A stretch of DNA of 63,364 nt, the filler included. It is 3 parts of 3 records of this genome, joined end to end, with 100 filler letters (N's around TTAATTAATTAA, not from the genome) between each part and the next. Parts side by side here need not be neighbours in the genome. Positions count along the whole stretch, not along the records: positions 26,230 to 54,729 come from SRR22947727_1064; positions 54,830 to 63,364 come from SRR22947727_1073; 1 more part is not named here. One strand, given 5' to 3'. Below, in pieces: positions 47,531 through 57,408 of the stretch (positions are counted from its first letter, which is position 1; each line of letters opens with the position of its first letter). The translations under genes were made by a program, and so were the position numbers. The notes under the pieces were generated by a model. The model did no database searches, was not told the origin of the DNA, and was given only the letters and a program-made list of their open reading frames with translations.

Positions 47531-48541
47531 TTAAGATTTAAAGTTATCAATGATTTTTTTATTTAAATCATTTATAATAAAATCATAGCAATTATTAATT
47601 GCGCATGAAAAAGCATATGGATTAGCATTACCATGACTTTTTACTGAAATCCCATTAATACCTAATAAAGTAGCACCATTATATTCATCAGGATCTATTT
47701 GATTTTTAAAAATTTTAAGATCTTTTTCTAGAATTTTTGATGATAATTTATTCATAAAAGATTTCGTAAAAACATTTTTTAAGTTTGCAGTAATAAAACC
47801 AGATAATCCCTCAGCTGTTTTTAAAATAATATTCCCAGTATAACCATCAGATAATATTATATCACATAAATCATGAGTTATTTTATTAGGCTCAATAAAC
47901 CCAATAAAATTATCTTTTAAAAAGCTATTAGAAATTAATTCATGCGCTTCTTGAAGGAACTCCAAACCTTTATTATTTTCAGTTCCAATATTTATTAGTC
48001 CAATTTTGGGGTTTCTTTTTGGATCAATAATAGAAAAATAGGCATAACCCATTAGCGCAAATTGAAGTAAATTCTCAGCACTGACATACACATTAGCGCC
48101 TAAGTCCATCATTAAAGAAAAAGATTTGTTACTGGGTATTTTAGAGCAAATAGCGGGTCTATTAACTCCATCAATCATTCCAAGAATTAGACGTGAAAGA
48201 ATCATAATCGCAGCTGTGTTACCTGAAGATACAAAACCAGATCCTTCGTTTTCTTTTACAAATGAGAGCCCTCGGTAGATACTACTATTTTTTCTTGACC
48301 TTAATATTGTGCTTGCGCTATCATCATCCAAAACATTTTCAATGCAATTTATGATCTCATAATTATTAATTTGCAAATTATTGTCCTCTATACATTTAGA
48401 GACTAGAACTTCATCACCATAAATTTTAAATTCCACATCAGGTTTTTTAGAAGAGAAAATTTCAATTCCTTTTAGACATTTAAAGGGACTATTCTCTCCC
48501 CCCATTGCGTCTGCAGCAATAGTTAATTGTCTATTTGACAT
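47531..48541 (-). CDS. plsX: Phosphate acyltransferase PlsX
   Basis: DAMGGE, S.GNT, RPAI, DLGANV, NIGTE..KG, DGYTGN..LKTAEG, KSHG. Confidence 0.94.
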   Translation of the reverse strand: MSNRQLTIAADAMGGENSPFKCLKGIEIFSSKKPDVEFKIYGDEVLVSKCIEDNNLQINNYEIINCIENVLDDDSASTILRSRKNSSIYRGLSFVKENEGSGFVSSGNTAAIMILSRLILGMIDGVNRPAICSKIPSNKSFSLMMDLGANVYVSAENLLQFALMGYAYFSIIDPKRNPKIGLINIGTENNKGLEFLQEAHELISNSFLKDNFIGFIEPNKITHDLCDIILSDGYTGNIILKTAEGLSGFITANLKNVFTKSFMNKLSSKILEKDLKIFKNQIDPDEYNGATLLGINGISVKSHGNANPYAFSCAINNCYDFIINDLNKKIIDNFKS

Positions 48542-48551
48542 GAAATAATTG

Positions 48552-48740
48552 TTATTGCTTAACTGATTTTTTCTTTAAAACTTGTCTTCCATTATACATG
48601 CCTGTTGATAAATCGATTTTGTGTGACAAGCGTGGTTCACCAGAATCTTTATCCTCAATAATATTCAAATTACTAATAGAGTCATGTGATCTTCTCATAT
48701 TTCTTTTAGAAGGTGAGGTCTTTCTTTTAGGAACAGCCAT
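48552..48740 (-). CDS. rpmF: 50S ribosomal protein L32
   Basis: [19 protein letters not shown]...G.YNGRQV. Confidence 0.96.
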   Translation of the reverse strand: MAVPKRKTSPSKRNMRRSHDSISNLNIIEDKDSGEPRLSHKIDLSTGMYNGRQVLKKKSVKQ

Positions 48741-48815
48741 GTTAAATGATCAAATATGGGATTTTTAAGTTTTTGCAAGTATAAACATATGTAAATTATA
48801 AATTTTTCGTTTATT

Positions 48816-49301
48816 TTATTTATTAGTATTTTTTATTTGTAAGAAAAACCCTGATATTTGATCAACTAGCTCTTTTGAGTTATTTTTATTTACAAATTTT
48901 AGAGAATTTAAATAATCAAGTAATTCCTCATTATTATCATTTTTGAATATTGGGTCTAAAACTTTTAACCTATAATAAAATTTTTTAACATACTTTTTAA
49001 CATATTTACCAATAGACATATCAGAAATACCTACATCTCTAAGAGATTTATCTAAGTCATTAACTAGATTTTTCATCAATTCTTCTTTAACTCTCTTGTT
49101 TAGAGCTATATCTTTATTCTTAAAAAACTTTAGATAGTATATTAATAAAATACTTATTAATTCAAAAGATGTGCTGAAGTCTATTTCATTAAAAAATTTT
49201 TTATTTAGTAATGATTTTGATTTTATAAGGATATTTAAATATATTTCATTAGACTTTATTTTATATTCATTTTCTTTTTTTTTAAAATATTGTAAAATCA
49301 C
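48816..49301 (-). CDS. Ubiquinol-cytochrome c chaperone (Cbp3-like)
   Basis: FE.I.I, DLDKSLRDVGISDMSIGK.VK; divergent from bamE as in many alphaproteobacteria. Confidence 0.75.
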   Translation of the reverse strand: MILQYFKKKENEYKIKSNEIYLNILIKSKSLLNKKFFNEIDFSTSFELISILLIYYLKFFKNKDIALNKRVKEELMKNLVNDLDKSLRDVGISDMSIGKYVKKYVKKFYYRLKVLDPIFKNDNNEELLDYLNSLKFVNKNNSKELVDQISGFFLQIKNTNK

Positions 49302-49305
49302 TTAA

Positions 49306-49734
49306 ATGAGTTTTCTAAAAATTATTATAATGGTTATACTATTCCAATATATATTTGGATGTGTAGAAAAAACAACTTATTCTGGAAAAATAATCACTAA
49401 TGACGATTTAAATTTAAATATATTAAATAAAAATGCTCTAATAAATAAATTTGGTGAACCAAGCTATATAGATAATCTATCTAATAAATATTTTTATTTC
49501 ACTGAGAAAAAAAAAGAGAGTAATTTTTATAGTAAAAAAATTGAATACAGTTATTTATTTGTATTTGAAATCAACGAATATGATAAAATAGTAAATTCAG
49601 AATCAATTAATTTGTTAAAAGAAAAAAATCACAAATATAGAAAAATTCAAACAAGTAATAATATAATTAAAAGGGGTTTATTAGAAACAATTTTTGGGGG
49701 AATCGGAACGAATCCTATGACCAATTCCCCTTAA
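49306..49734 (+). CDS. bamE: Outer membrane assembly lipoprotein BamE-like
   Basis: Lipobox IFGC, K..LI..FGEPS, C-terminal LLETIFGGIG. Confidence 0.7.
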   Translation: MSFLKIIIMVILFQYIFGCVEKTTYSGKIITNDDLNLNILNKNALINKFGEPSYIDNLSNKYFYFTEKKKESNFYSKKIEYSYLFVFEINEYDKIVNSESINLLKEKNHKYRKIQTSNNIIKRGLLETIFGGIGTNPMTNSP

Positions 49735-49737
49735 AAA

Positions 49738-51834
49738 TTAAACTGCTACAAATGCTAATAGAAGCAGTGCTACAATATTGGTAATTTTAATCATTGGGTT
49801 AACAGCAGGTCCTGCGGTATCTTTGTAAGGATCGCCAACTGTGTCCCCAGTTACTGCTGCCTTATGAGCTTCACTACCTTTACCACCATGATTGCCATCC
49901 TCAATATATTTTTTTGCATTATCCCAAGCGCCACCACCTGCAGTCATACTTATAGCTACAAATAATCCTGTGATAATTACACCAAGTAAAAGAGCGCCAA
50001 GGCAAGAAAGAGCAGCGGCTTGACCGGCAATCAATAGTATAACTAAGTAAACTACTATCGGCGACAATACGGGCAACATAGATGGAATAATCATCTCTCT
50101 AATGGCAGATTTTGTTAATATATCTACACACTTGCCATATTCTGGCTTTCCCGTACCTTCCATAATACCAGGTATTTCTTTAAATTGTCTTCTCACTTCA
50201 ATAACAACAGATCCTGCAGCTCTTCCTACAGCAGTCATACTCATTGCACCAAATAAGAAAGGCAGTAACCCACCAAGTAATAAGCCTACTACAACATAAG
50301 GATTGGACAAATCAAAAGATACATCTATGCCATAAAGTGAGCTTGAGGGATCTTTTGCAAAATGTTCTAAATCTTCTGTATATGCTGCAAAAAGAACCAA
50401 AGCTCCTAATCCTGCAGATCCAATTGCATAACCTTTAGTGACAGCTTTTGTTGTATTACCTACAGAGTCAAGAGCATCAGTAGTTTTTCTAACATTGTCA
50501 TCTAAATTAGCCATCTCAGCAATTCCACCTGCATTATCTGTAACTGGACCATATGCATCTAATGCAACAACCATTCCCGCTAATGCCAACATAGTAGTAA
50601 CTGCAATAGCAATTCCAAATAAACCAGCAAGTGAATGTGTTATTATGATTCCAGCAACAATAATTATAGCTGGCAAAGCAGTAGCTTCTAAACTTATCGC
50701 AAGTCCTTGAATAACATTTGTTCCATGTCCAGTTGTAGAGGATTGCGCAATGCTCTGAACAGGTCTGTAATTTGTTCCTGTATAATATTCAGTCACCCAA
50801 ATAATTAAACCAGTAATTATTAAACCCATTATTCCACAATAAAAAAGAGACATACCTGTGAAAGACTTATCGTCTACTGTAAAAACCGAATCTAAACTTA
50901 TTACATGATCTGTTATAAAATATAATAGAATAGCAGACAATATAGCTGAAACAGCAAAACCCTTGTATAATGCTGCCATTATATTTTCACTCTTACCAAG
51001 TTTAACAAAGTAAGTTCCTACAATACTAGCCAAAGTGCAAACACCTGCAATTGCTAGAGGGTACATCATCATTGAAGACATATCTGCAAAAAATATTGAT
51101 GATAAAACCATTGTGGCAACGACTGTAACAACATATGTCTCAAATAAGTCTGCTGCCATACCTGCGCAATCACCAACGTTATCTCCAACGTTATCAGCAA
51201 TTACGGCTGGATTTCTAGGATCATCTTCAGGAATACCCGCTTCAACTTTACCCACCAAGTCTGCCCCGACATCAGCGCCTTTAGTAAATATACCACCGCC
51301 CAATCTTGCAAAAATAGAAATTAAAGAAGCTCCAAAACCCAAAGAAACTAATGGAGCAACAATTTCTCTACCTGGAAATTGGCCAGAGTTATCTAAAACA
51401 AAATAATAAAGTGCTATTGAAAGTAATGCAAAACCAGCGACCAACATTCCAGTTACTGCTCCAGCCTTAAATGATACGGATAAACCTTCAGCTAAACTAG
51501 AACTTGCTGCTTGAGTAGTTCTTACATTTGATCTAACTGATATATTCATTCCCACATAACCAGCTGCTCCAGAAAACACAGCTCCAATTAAGAAACCAAT
51601 ACCTGATGATAAACCAAACACTATCCAAATAAGGGCAAAGATTACAACCCCCACTATTCCAATAGTCATATATTGTCTGTTTAAATAAGCTCTTGCCCCC
51701 TCTTGAATGGCATTAGCAATTTCAACCATTTTTTCGTTACCAGTGCTTAAAGATAGAATTTGTCTAGATGTAATTAAGCCGTATAAAACAGCGGCCAAAC
51801 CACATAATAAAATAAAGATTTGCATAGTTGTCAT
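49738..51834 (-). CDS. hppA: Membrane-bound pyrophosphatase, predicted K+-independent H+-PPase
   Basis: [53 protein letters not shown]. Confidence 0.96.
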   Translation of the reverse strand: MTTMQIFILLCGLAAVLYGLITSRQILSLSTGNEKMVEIANAIQEGARAYLNRQYMTIGIVGVVIFALIWIVFGLSSGIGFLIGAVFSGAAGYVGMNISVRSNVRTTQAASSSLAEGLSVSFKAGAVTGMLVAGFALLSIALYYFVLDNSGQFPGREIVAPLVSLGFGASLISIFARLGGGIFTKGADVGADLVGKVEAGIPEDDPRNPAVIADNVGDNVGDCAGMAADLFETYVVTVVATMVLSSIFFADMSSMMMYPLAIAGVCTLASIVGTYFVKLGKSENIMAALYKGFAVSAILSAILLYFITDHVISLDSVFTVDDKSFTGMSLFYCGIMGLIITGLIIWVTEYYTGTNYRPVQSIAQSSTTGHGTNVIQGLAISLEATALPAIIIVAGIIITHSLAGLFGIAIAVTTMLALAGMVVALDAYGPVTDNAGGIAEMANLDDNVRKTTDALDSVGNTTKAVTKGYAIGSAGLGALVLFAAYTEDLEHFAKDPSSSLYGIDVSFDLSNPYVVVGLLLGGLLPFLFGAMSMTAVGRAAGSVVIEVRRQFKEIPGIMEGTGKPEYGKCVDILTKSAIREMIIPSMLPVLSPIVVYLVILLIAGQAAALSCLGALLLGVIITGLFVAISMTAGGGAWDNAKKYIEDGNHGGKGSEAHKAAVTGDTVGDPYKDTAGPAVNPMIKITNIVALLLLAFVAV

Positions 51835-51895
51835 TGTGGGTTTCTCCTTGAAATTTTTGGGTCATATGTCAGAATATATAGAATAAATCAAGATT

Positions 51896-52882
51896 TTAGC
51901 TAAAATGATCATAACTGCTTAGGTTTTTTATTAAACTCATAGAATCATCATATATTCCTTTGTCTTTAATTATTGTCCCAATATTAGTTAATTTTATATT
52001 ATTTTTTTTTGCTAAATTATTAATTTTATTTTTAAATTTTTTATTTGAAGTAAAAACTAGCTGATAATCATCACCCCAAGAAAGAATATCATCAATAAAA
52101 ATTTCAGATTTATTTGTTATAATAATTTTTCTTAAATTATTAGAAATTAAAAAATCTTTTTTAATTAAACTGGCACCAACTTTATTATTAAGAATTTTAT
52201 TTAAATCTCCATAGAAACCATCTGAAATGTCAGTAGCGGCACTAATAAAATTAGATGCAATGGAACCAAACATACAAGGTGAAGGGTACAAATAACTATT
52301 TTTATAAAATTCTGCATCTTTATTGCTTACTTTAATTTTTGAGTTTGTAAAAATTCTATAACCTAAATATGAGTTACCTAAGTTACCTGTAATCCAAATA
52401 TCATCACCTACTGAACATTTATTTTGAGATAAGATATTTTTCAATTTTGCTTTTCCAAAAAAATTCGCAGAAAAAATCAATTCAGATGATTTTGAAATAT
52501 CTCCTCCAAGAAGGTAAAAATTATGCTTTTTTTGCAATTTAAGTAGCCTTTTAGTAAATCTCTTAAGCCAATTTATATTAATTTTCGCATTAAAAGATAA
52601 ATTTAGTGTGTAAGCAACAGGCGCAGATCCCATAGCTGATAAATCAGATAAATTAACACATACTAATTTATGAGCTACAGATTCAGGAGGGTCATTATAA
52701 AAAAAATCAATATTTTCAGTTATACTATCAGTTGTAACAATAGTTTTGTAGTTTTTATCAAGACTTAAATAAGCAGCGTCATTTTCAAAATTAAATGTTC
52801 CTTTTTTATTGAAGTTTAATTTTTTAAGCAGTGAATTGATTATTACTTTTTCTGATAATTGATCAGATAATTTTTTTTTCAT
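51896..52882 (-). CDS. thiL: Thiamine-monophosphate kinase
   Basis: NDAA, VNLSDL.AMG, L.GGD, D.SDG..GDL, GDDYQLVFT. Confidence 0.9.
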   Translation of the reverse strand: MKKKLSDQLSEKVIINSLLKKLNFNKKGTFNFENDAAYLSLDKNYKTIVTTDSITENIDFFYNDPPESVAHKLVCVNLSDLSAMGSAPVAYTLNLSFNAKININWLKRFTKRLLKLQKKHNFYLLGGDISKSSELIFSANFFGKAKLKNILSQNKCSVGDDIWITGNLGNSYLGYRIFTNSKIKVSNKDAEFYKNSYLYPSPCMFGSIASNFISAATDISDGFYGDLNKILNNKVGASLIKKDFLISNNLRKIIITNKSEIFIDDILSWGDDYQLVFTSNKKFKNKINNLAKKNNIKLTNIGTIIKDKGIYDDSMSLIKNLSSYDHFS

Positions 52883-53327
52883 TTATATATTTGTCGGTGA
52901 TTGCATTAATCATTCCTAGTTCTTTTTTAGTTATTAGCGATTTAGAGATGTTAAAATAGTCATTAATTAAAATTTTTATTTTTTTCTTTTCTGAAATTTC
53001 AATTTCTGAAAAAATTGCTAAAATTATTGATTTATTTATTAAGCTCCAACTTTTATATTTTCTATCAAATTTAATAAATGGATCTATCAAATCAGCTATA
53101 TTGTTTTTTTTTATAAATTCAAAATAACTAAATGATAGTTTAGTGAGAAAATTCTTATTAAAATCAACAATAGTTTCTTGATCTTTTTCAATTGAAGGAA
53201 TTGATAATTTATAAAAATAGTTTTGAAAATTCTCAGTCTCATCAATTATTTCACTTTTTGAAAAAAAAGTAGAAAATATAAATTGAATATAAGCTAAACG
53301 AGTTTTAGTTTTTATTAAATTTTGCAT
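52863..53327 (-). CDS. nusB: Transcription antitermination factor NusB (divergent)
   Basis: Position ribH-nusB-thiL; R...IQ, INDY..I.K and INA..DK remnants. Confidence 0.7.
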   Translation of the reverse strand: MQNLIKTKTRLAYIQFIFSTFFSKSEIIDETENFQNYFYKLSIPSIEKDQETIVDFNKNFLTKLSFSYFEFIKKNNIADLIDPFIKFDRKYKSWSLINKSIILAIFSEIEISEKKKIKILINDYFNISKSLITKKELGMINAITDKYINEKKII

Positions 53328-53332
53328 TTAAA

Positions 53333-53731
53333 TTATAAAAGTTTTATGCAAGCATTAGCAGCTTCCTTACCTTTATTTTTCTTTTTTATATCACTTCTTA
53401 TTTTTGCCTGTTTAATATTTTCACAAGTCAAAATTCCAAAACCAATAGGTTTAAGATGATCATTAGATATGTCTATAATTTTTCGTGCACATTCATTGGC
53501 AATTAATTCAAAATGATATGTTTCTCCTCGAATAATACAACCTAGAGCAATAAAACCTTTGTATTTTTTAATATTTTTTGAGATTAGAAAGGGAACTTCA
53601 AAACAACCAGGTGCAAATAAAATATCATAGTTAATATTATTTAACTTTAATTCATTTGTTGATCCATTAAGTAAATTCTTTCCTATTTCTTCATAGTAAT
53701 CAGATATAACAATTAAAACTTTCTTTTTCAT
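53333..53731 (-). CDS. ribH: 6,7-dimethyl-8-ribityllumazine synthase
   Basis: PG.FEVP, ALGCIIRGETYHFE, FGILT, NKG.EAA. Confidence 0.95.
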   Translation of the reverse strand: MKKKVLIVISDYYEEIGKNLLNGSTNELKLNNINYDILFAPGCFEVPFLISKNIKKYKGFIALGCIIRGETYHFELIANECARKIIDISNDHLKPIGFGILTCENIKQAKIRSDIKKKNKGKEAANACIKLL

Positions 53732-54729
53732 ATTTTTTGTTGCTCAGTTATTTCAATATCAAACCCGTCCAAGGCTATAATTTTTTTATTTGAATTTGAA
53801 AGTAATATTATCTTTTTAATTCCAATATTTTTTAAAATTTGAGCACCTACACCGTATTCACGAAGTTCAAGTTTATTATCTTGTTTTTGGCGCTGATCAA
53901 AAGCTTTGAGAATATTTGGTGCAATGTCATTATTAATTAAAACTATTGCGCCAGATTTATGTTTTTCTATAACATCAAAAGAATGGTTAATCTCATCACC
54001 AAAAAAATTTTTTTCAGCAAATATATCTTTTTCAATATTAAGCTTATGCATTCTTACAGGATATGATTTATTTGGAAAATTAATATTTTTTACTAAAGCA
54101 TAATGTTTTTCTTTAGAAATTGAATTTTCAAATATTTTTAAAATAAAATCATTACCTTTGTCACTTTCAAAAGGACGTTCTGATACTTGATTAATAATCT
54201 TATTATATTTTAATCTATATTTAATTAAATCAGAGACTGTACCAACTTTTAAATCATGATTTTTAGCAAAATTTAATATTTCAGGTAATCTAGCCATACT
54301 GCCATCTTCGCTCATAATTTCACATATTACACCAGATGGATTCAAACCTGCTAATTTTGAAATATCAACTGCTGCCTCTGTATGTCCAGCTCTTACTAAT
54401 ACGCCGCCATCCCATGACATTAATGGAAATACATGACCGGGAGAAACTAAATCATTTTTATTACGATTATGATTAATTGCTACTGATATTGTATGTGATC
54501 TATCCGCTGCAGATATACCGGTTGTAACCCCTTCTTTAGCTTCAATAGAAATTGTAAATGCCGTTAAGTCATTTTTTTGATTATTTGGATTCATCAAAGG
54601 TAAGTCTAATTCTTGAATCCTTTCTTTTGTCATAGACAGACAAATAAGCCCCCTTCCATATTTAGCCATAAAATTAATGGCATCTGGAGTTGCCATTTGA
54701 GCAGGTATAATCAAATCACCTTCATTTTC
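53728..54729 (-). CDS. ribB: DHBP synthase fused to a degenerate GTP cyclohydrolase II-like domain (RibBX), 5' truncated
   Basis: ENEGDL at the contig edge, TTGISA.DR, PGHVFPL, RAGHTEA; C-terminal domain LREYGVGAQIL lacks the Zn-binding Cys. Confidence 0.9.
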   Translation of the reverse strand, partial: ENEGDLIIPAQMATPDAINFMAKYGRGLICLSMTKERIQELDLPLMNPNNQKNDLTAFTISIEAKEGVTTGISAADRSHTISVAINHNRNKNDLVSPGHVFPLMSWDGGVLVRAGHTEAAVDISKLAGLNPSGVICEIMSEDGSMARLPEILNFAKNHDLKVGTVSDLIKYRLKYNKIINQVSERPFESDKGNDFILKIFENSISKEKHYALVKNINFPNKSYPVRMHKLNIEKDIFAEKNFFGDEINHSFDVIEKHKSGAIVLINNDIAPNILKAFDQRQKQDNKLELREYGVGAQILKNIGIKKIILLSNSNKKIIALDGFDIEITEQQKI

Positions 54730-54829
54730 NNNNNNNNNNNNNNNNNNNNNNNNNNNNNNNNNNNNNNNNNNNNTTAATTAATTAANNNNNNNNNNNNNNN
54801 NNNNNNNNNNNNNNNNNNNNNNNNNNNNN
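54730..54829. other. Artificial contig-joining spacer
   Basis: N44-TTAATTAATTAA-N44. Confidence 0.97.
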
Positions 54830-55403
54830 TAATGCCATCTAAATAGTTTCTATTACCTATTGATACTCCATAAGGTATAACATCTCGAGATACACCTGTC
54901 ATACCTCCAATCATAGCCATTTTTCCAATTCTAGTAAATTGTTGAACTCCACAATTACCTCCTATTATTACATCATCACCAATTTCAGCATGCCCTGCTA
55001 TAGCGGCACTGTTTGCTATAACAACATTATTTCCAATTATACAATCGTGTGCTATATGAACACCGATCATTAACAATGAATTATCTCCAATTTTTGTTAT
55101 TTCACCACCTCCAATAGTTCCTGTATTTATCGTTGTGTATTCTCTTATTGTGTTTCCATCACCAATTATTAATTTTGTTCTTTCTCCTTTGTATTTAAGG
55201 TCTTGTGGTTCATTACCAATGGAAGCAAATGGAAAAATTTTATTATTTTTTCCGATTATCGTGTGACCCGTAATACTTACATGCGATTGTATTTTTGTAC
55301 CTTCGTTTATTTCAACATTTGGTCCAATAACTGTATAAGGGCCTATTTCAACTTTTTCATTTATCTTTGCTTTCTCATCAATAATTGCAGTTTTATGAAT
55401 CAT
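54830..55403 (-). CDS. lpxA: UDP-N-acetylglucosamine acyltransferase LpxA, 3' truncated
   Basis: [23 protein letters not shown], hexapeptide repeats. Confidence 0.94.
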
Positions 55404-56380
55404 CTATTATCTTTTAAAAATTGTCTTAAATTTTTTGCAGGGTAACCCATTACTTTTGAATTATCTTCAATATCTTTAATTACACCACTTCCACCAGCTA
55501 TGTGAACATTATTACCAATCTTTAAATGCCCAGAAATTCCTGCTTGACCACCAATCAACACATTATCGCCTAATGTAGAACTGCCTGCGAAGCCAACTTG
55601 ACCGGCTATAATGCAATTATTTCCAATTTTATTATTGTGAGCAATATGAATTTGATTATCTAAAAAAGTATTTTTTCCTATGATGGTGTTAGAAAGTGAA
55701 CCTCTATCAATTGTTGACCCACATCCTATTTCAGAATTTTCATTAATTATTACAACACCAATATGTGGATATCTAATATTTATTTTTTTATTTGGAAAAA
55801 AACCAAAACCTTTTTTACCAATTACACAACCATCTAATACACTAACGTTGTCTTTAATTATTGTATTTCTAATTATAACATTTGAACCGATTGAACAATT
55901 GGATCCAATTATAACATTTTTTTCAATTATAGAGTTATGGCCAATAAGACAATTATTTCCAATACTTACATTTTTTCCAATCAAAACATTGTTTCCGTAT
56001 TTAACCTTTTTTTTAAATTTTGTTTTATTTATTTCTTTAGCTGAATTATCAAAGTCATCTACTATAGAATTAGGATAAAATTCTTTAGTAATATCAGCCA
56101 TACTTAATAAGACATTTTCAACAATTATTTTTTTACAAGAACTTGGTAAATAATTAGATAAACTCTCTAATGTTACACAATAGGATGCTTTAGTTGAAGA
56201 TGCTAAAGATGAGTAGTTTTTTGAATGAAAAAAAGTTAAATCTTTACTAGTTGCTGATGACAAATCTTTCACATCATAAATTTTATCATTTTTAAAATTA
56301 AAATTATTTTTAATTCCAGATTTATTTAACAGGATATGAATTTTAATAGGTCCTACATTTTTAAAAAATGGATTTAGCAT
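55400..56380 (-). CDS. lpxD: UDP-3-O-acyl-glucosamine N-acyltransferase LpxD
   Basis: [34 protein letters not shown]. Confidence 0.94.
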   Translation of the reverse strand: MLNPFFKNVGPIKIHILLNKSGIKNNFNFKNDKIYDVKDLSSATSKDLTFFHSKNYSSLASSTKASYCVTLESLSNYLPSSCKKIIVENVLLSMADITKEFYPNSIVDDFDNSAKEINKTKFKKKVKYGNNVLIGKNVSIGNNCLIGHNSIIEKNVIIGSNCSIGSNVIIRNTIIKDNVSVLDGCVIGKKGFGFFPNKKINIRYPHIGVVIINENSEIGCGSTIDRGSLSNTIIGKNTFLDNQIHIAHNNKIGNNCIIAGQVGFAGSSTLGDNVLIGGQAGISGHLKIGNNVHIAGGSGVIKDIEDNSKVMGYPAKNLRQFLKDNR

Positions 56381-56434
56381 AATTGAATATTTATCAAAAC
56401 TTTTGGATTTAATAATATCAATAATTATTACTGA

Positions 56435-56878
56435 TTATTTTCTGTCCACAATTGTAGCAGACCATTGAGCGTCAGCCATTTTTTTTCCTGATACAAATGC
56501 TTCACCTTTATATTTCCACACACGCCCATGGGATCTAATAGCCTCAATGTTCAGTTCTAATTGACAATCAGGTATAACAGGATTCCTAAACCTTGCTTTT
56601 TCAACACTCATAAGAAAAACAAGTTTATTTTCATAGGTAGATTTATCTATTCCATGTGCGGTTAAAGCTGCAGCAGCTTGACCAAAAGCTTCTACAATTA
56701 AAACTCCAGGCATTACAGGTTGACCAGGGAAATGTCCATTTACATAAAAAGCATCTTTTTTAACGTTCATAATCGCTGTAGCCGAATGTAATTTTTTAAT
56801 ATTTCTTAATTCATCAATTAACAGCATAGGTTCTCTGTGAGGAAGCAAATCTATTATTTGGGCTTTTGTTAAATTCAT
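56435..56878 (-). CDS. fabZ: 3-hydroxyacyl-ACP dehydratase FabZ
   Basis: LPHR.PMLLID, GHFPG.PVMPGVL.VEA. Confidence 0.96.
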   Translation of the reverse strand: MNLTKAQIIDLLPHREPMLLIDELRNIKKLHSATAIMNVKKDAFYVNGHFPGQPVMPGVLIVEAFGQAAAALTAHGIDKSTYENKLVFLMSVEKARFRNPVIPDCQLELNIEAIRSHGRVWKYKGEAFVSGKKMADAQWSATIVDRK

Positions 56879-56880
56879 TT

Positions 56881-57408
56881 TTAATTAATTGAAATTTTTT
56901 TTACTTTTTTATTATATAAATTTAAGATATTTTGAGAAATATCTAAATTAGTCTTTCCTATTAAAACATTATCTTTTTTTAAAATTATATCAATGGAATT
57001 ACTTTTTGCATACTCTTCTAAAATTGGTCTCAAACTTTTATAAAATTCTTTTCTGACATTTAATTGAAATTTTGTTAATTCACTATTTTTTTTTTTTATT
57101 TCTGAATTATATTCGTTCATATCCTTTTCTAATTTTAATATTTTTTTTTCAAATTCCTCTGTTGATAAAACATTTTTTTGAGTAATAAGTTTTTCTTTAT
57201 CTATTTCAAATTTTTTTTTAAGCTTATTAAAATTATCATTATTTTTTTTTCTTTGATTTTGAATTTCTTTACTAATTTTTTTACCAGCATTTGAATTATC
57301 AAAAACAACATTTAAATCTATAAAGGCTATGTTGTCTTGAGCATTTAAAGAATTAGTACTAAAAAATATGAAAAATATGAAAAAAAAACTAAATAATTTT
57401 TTTGTCAT
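56881..57408 (-). CDS. skp: OmpH/Skp periplasmic chaperone
   Basis: Signal peptide, IAFIDL..V...S.AGK, coiled coil, DIS..IL; downstream of bamA. Confidence 0.85.
   Translation of the reverse strand: MTKKLFSFFFIFFIFFSTNSLNAQDNIAFIDLNVVFDNSNAGKKISKEIQNQRKKNNDNFNKLKKKFEIDKEKLITQKNVLSTEEFEKKILKLEKDMNEYNSEIKKKNSELTKFQLNVRKEFYKSLRPILEEYAKSNSIDIILKKDNVLIGKTNLDISQNILNLYNKKVKKISIN

Noticed and set aside
50102-51406. Several antisense ORFs over hppA (likewise over suhB, phr, etfA, sulP, lpxD, bamA, tsf)
   Set aside because: Shadow ORFs caused by codon bias of conserved genes on the opposite strand.
54830-56380. Periodic ATT/CC-rich pattern resembling a repeat array
   Set aside because: Hexapeptide (left-handed beta-helix) repeats of LpxA/LpxD; not CRISPR.
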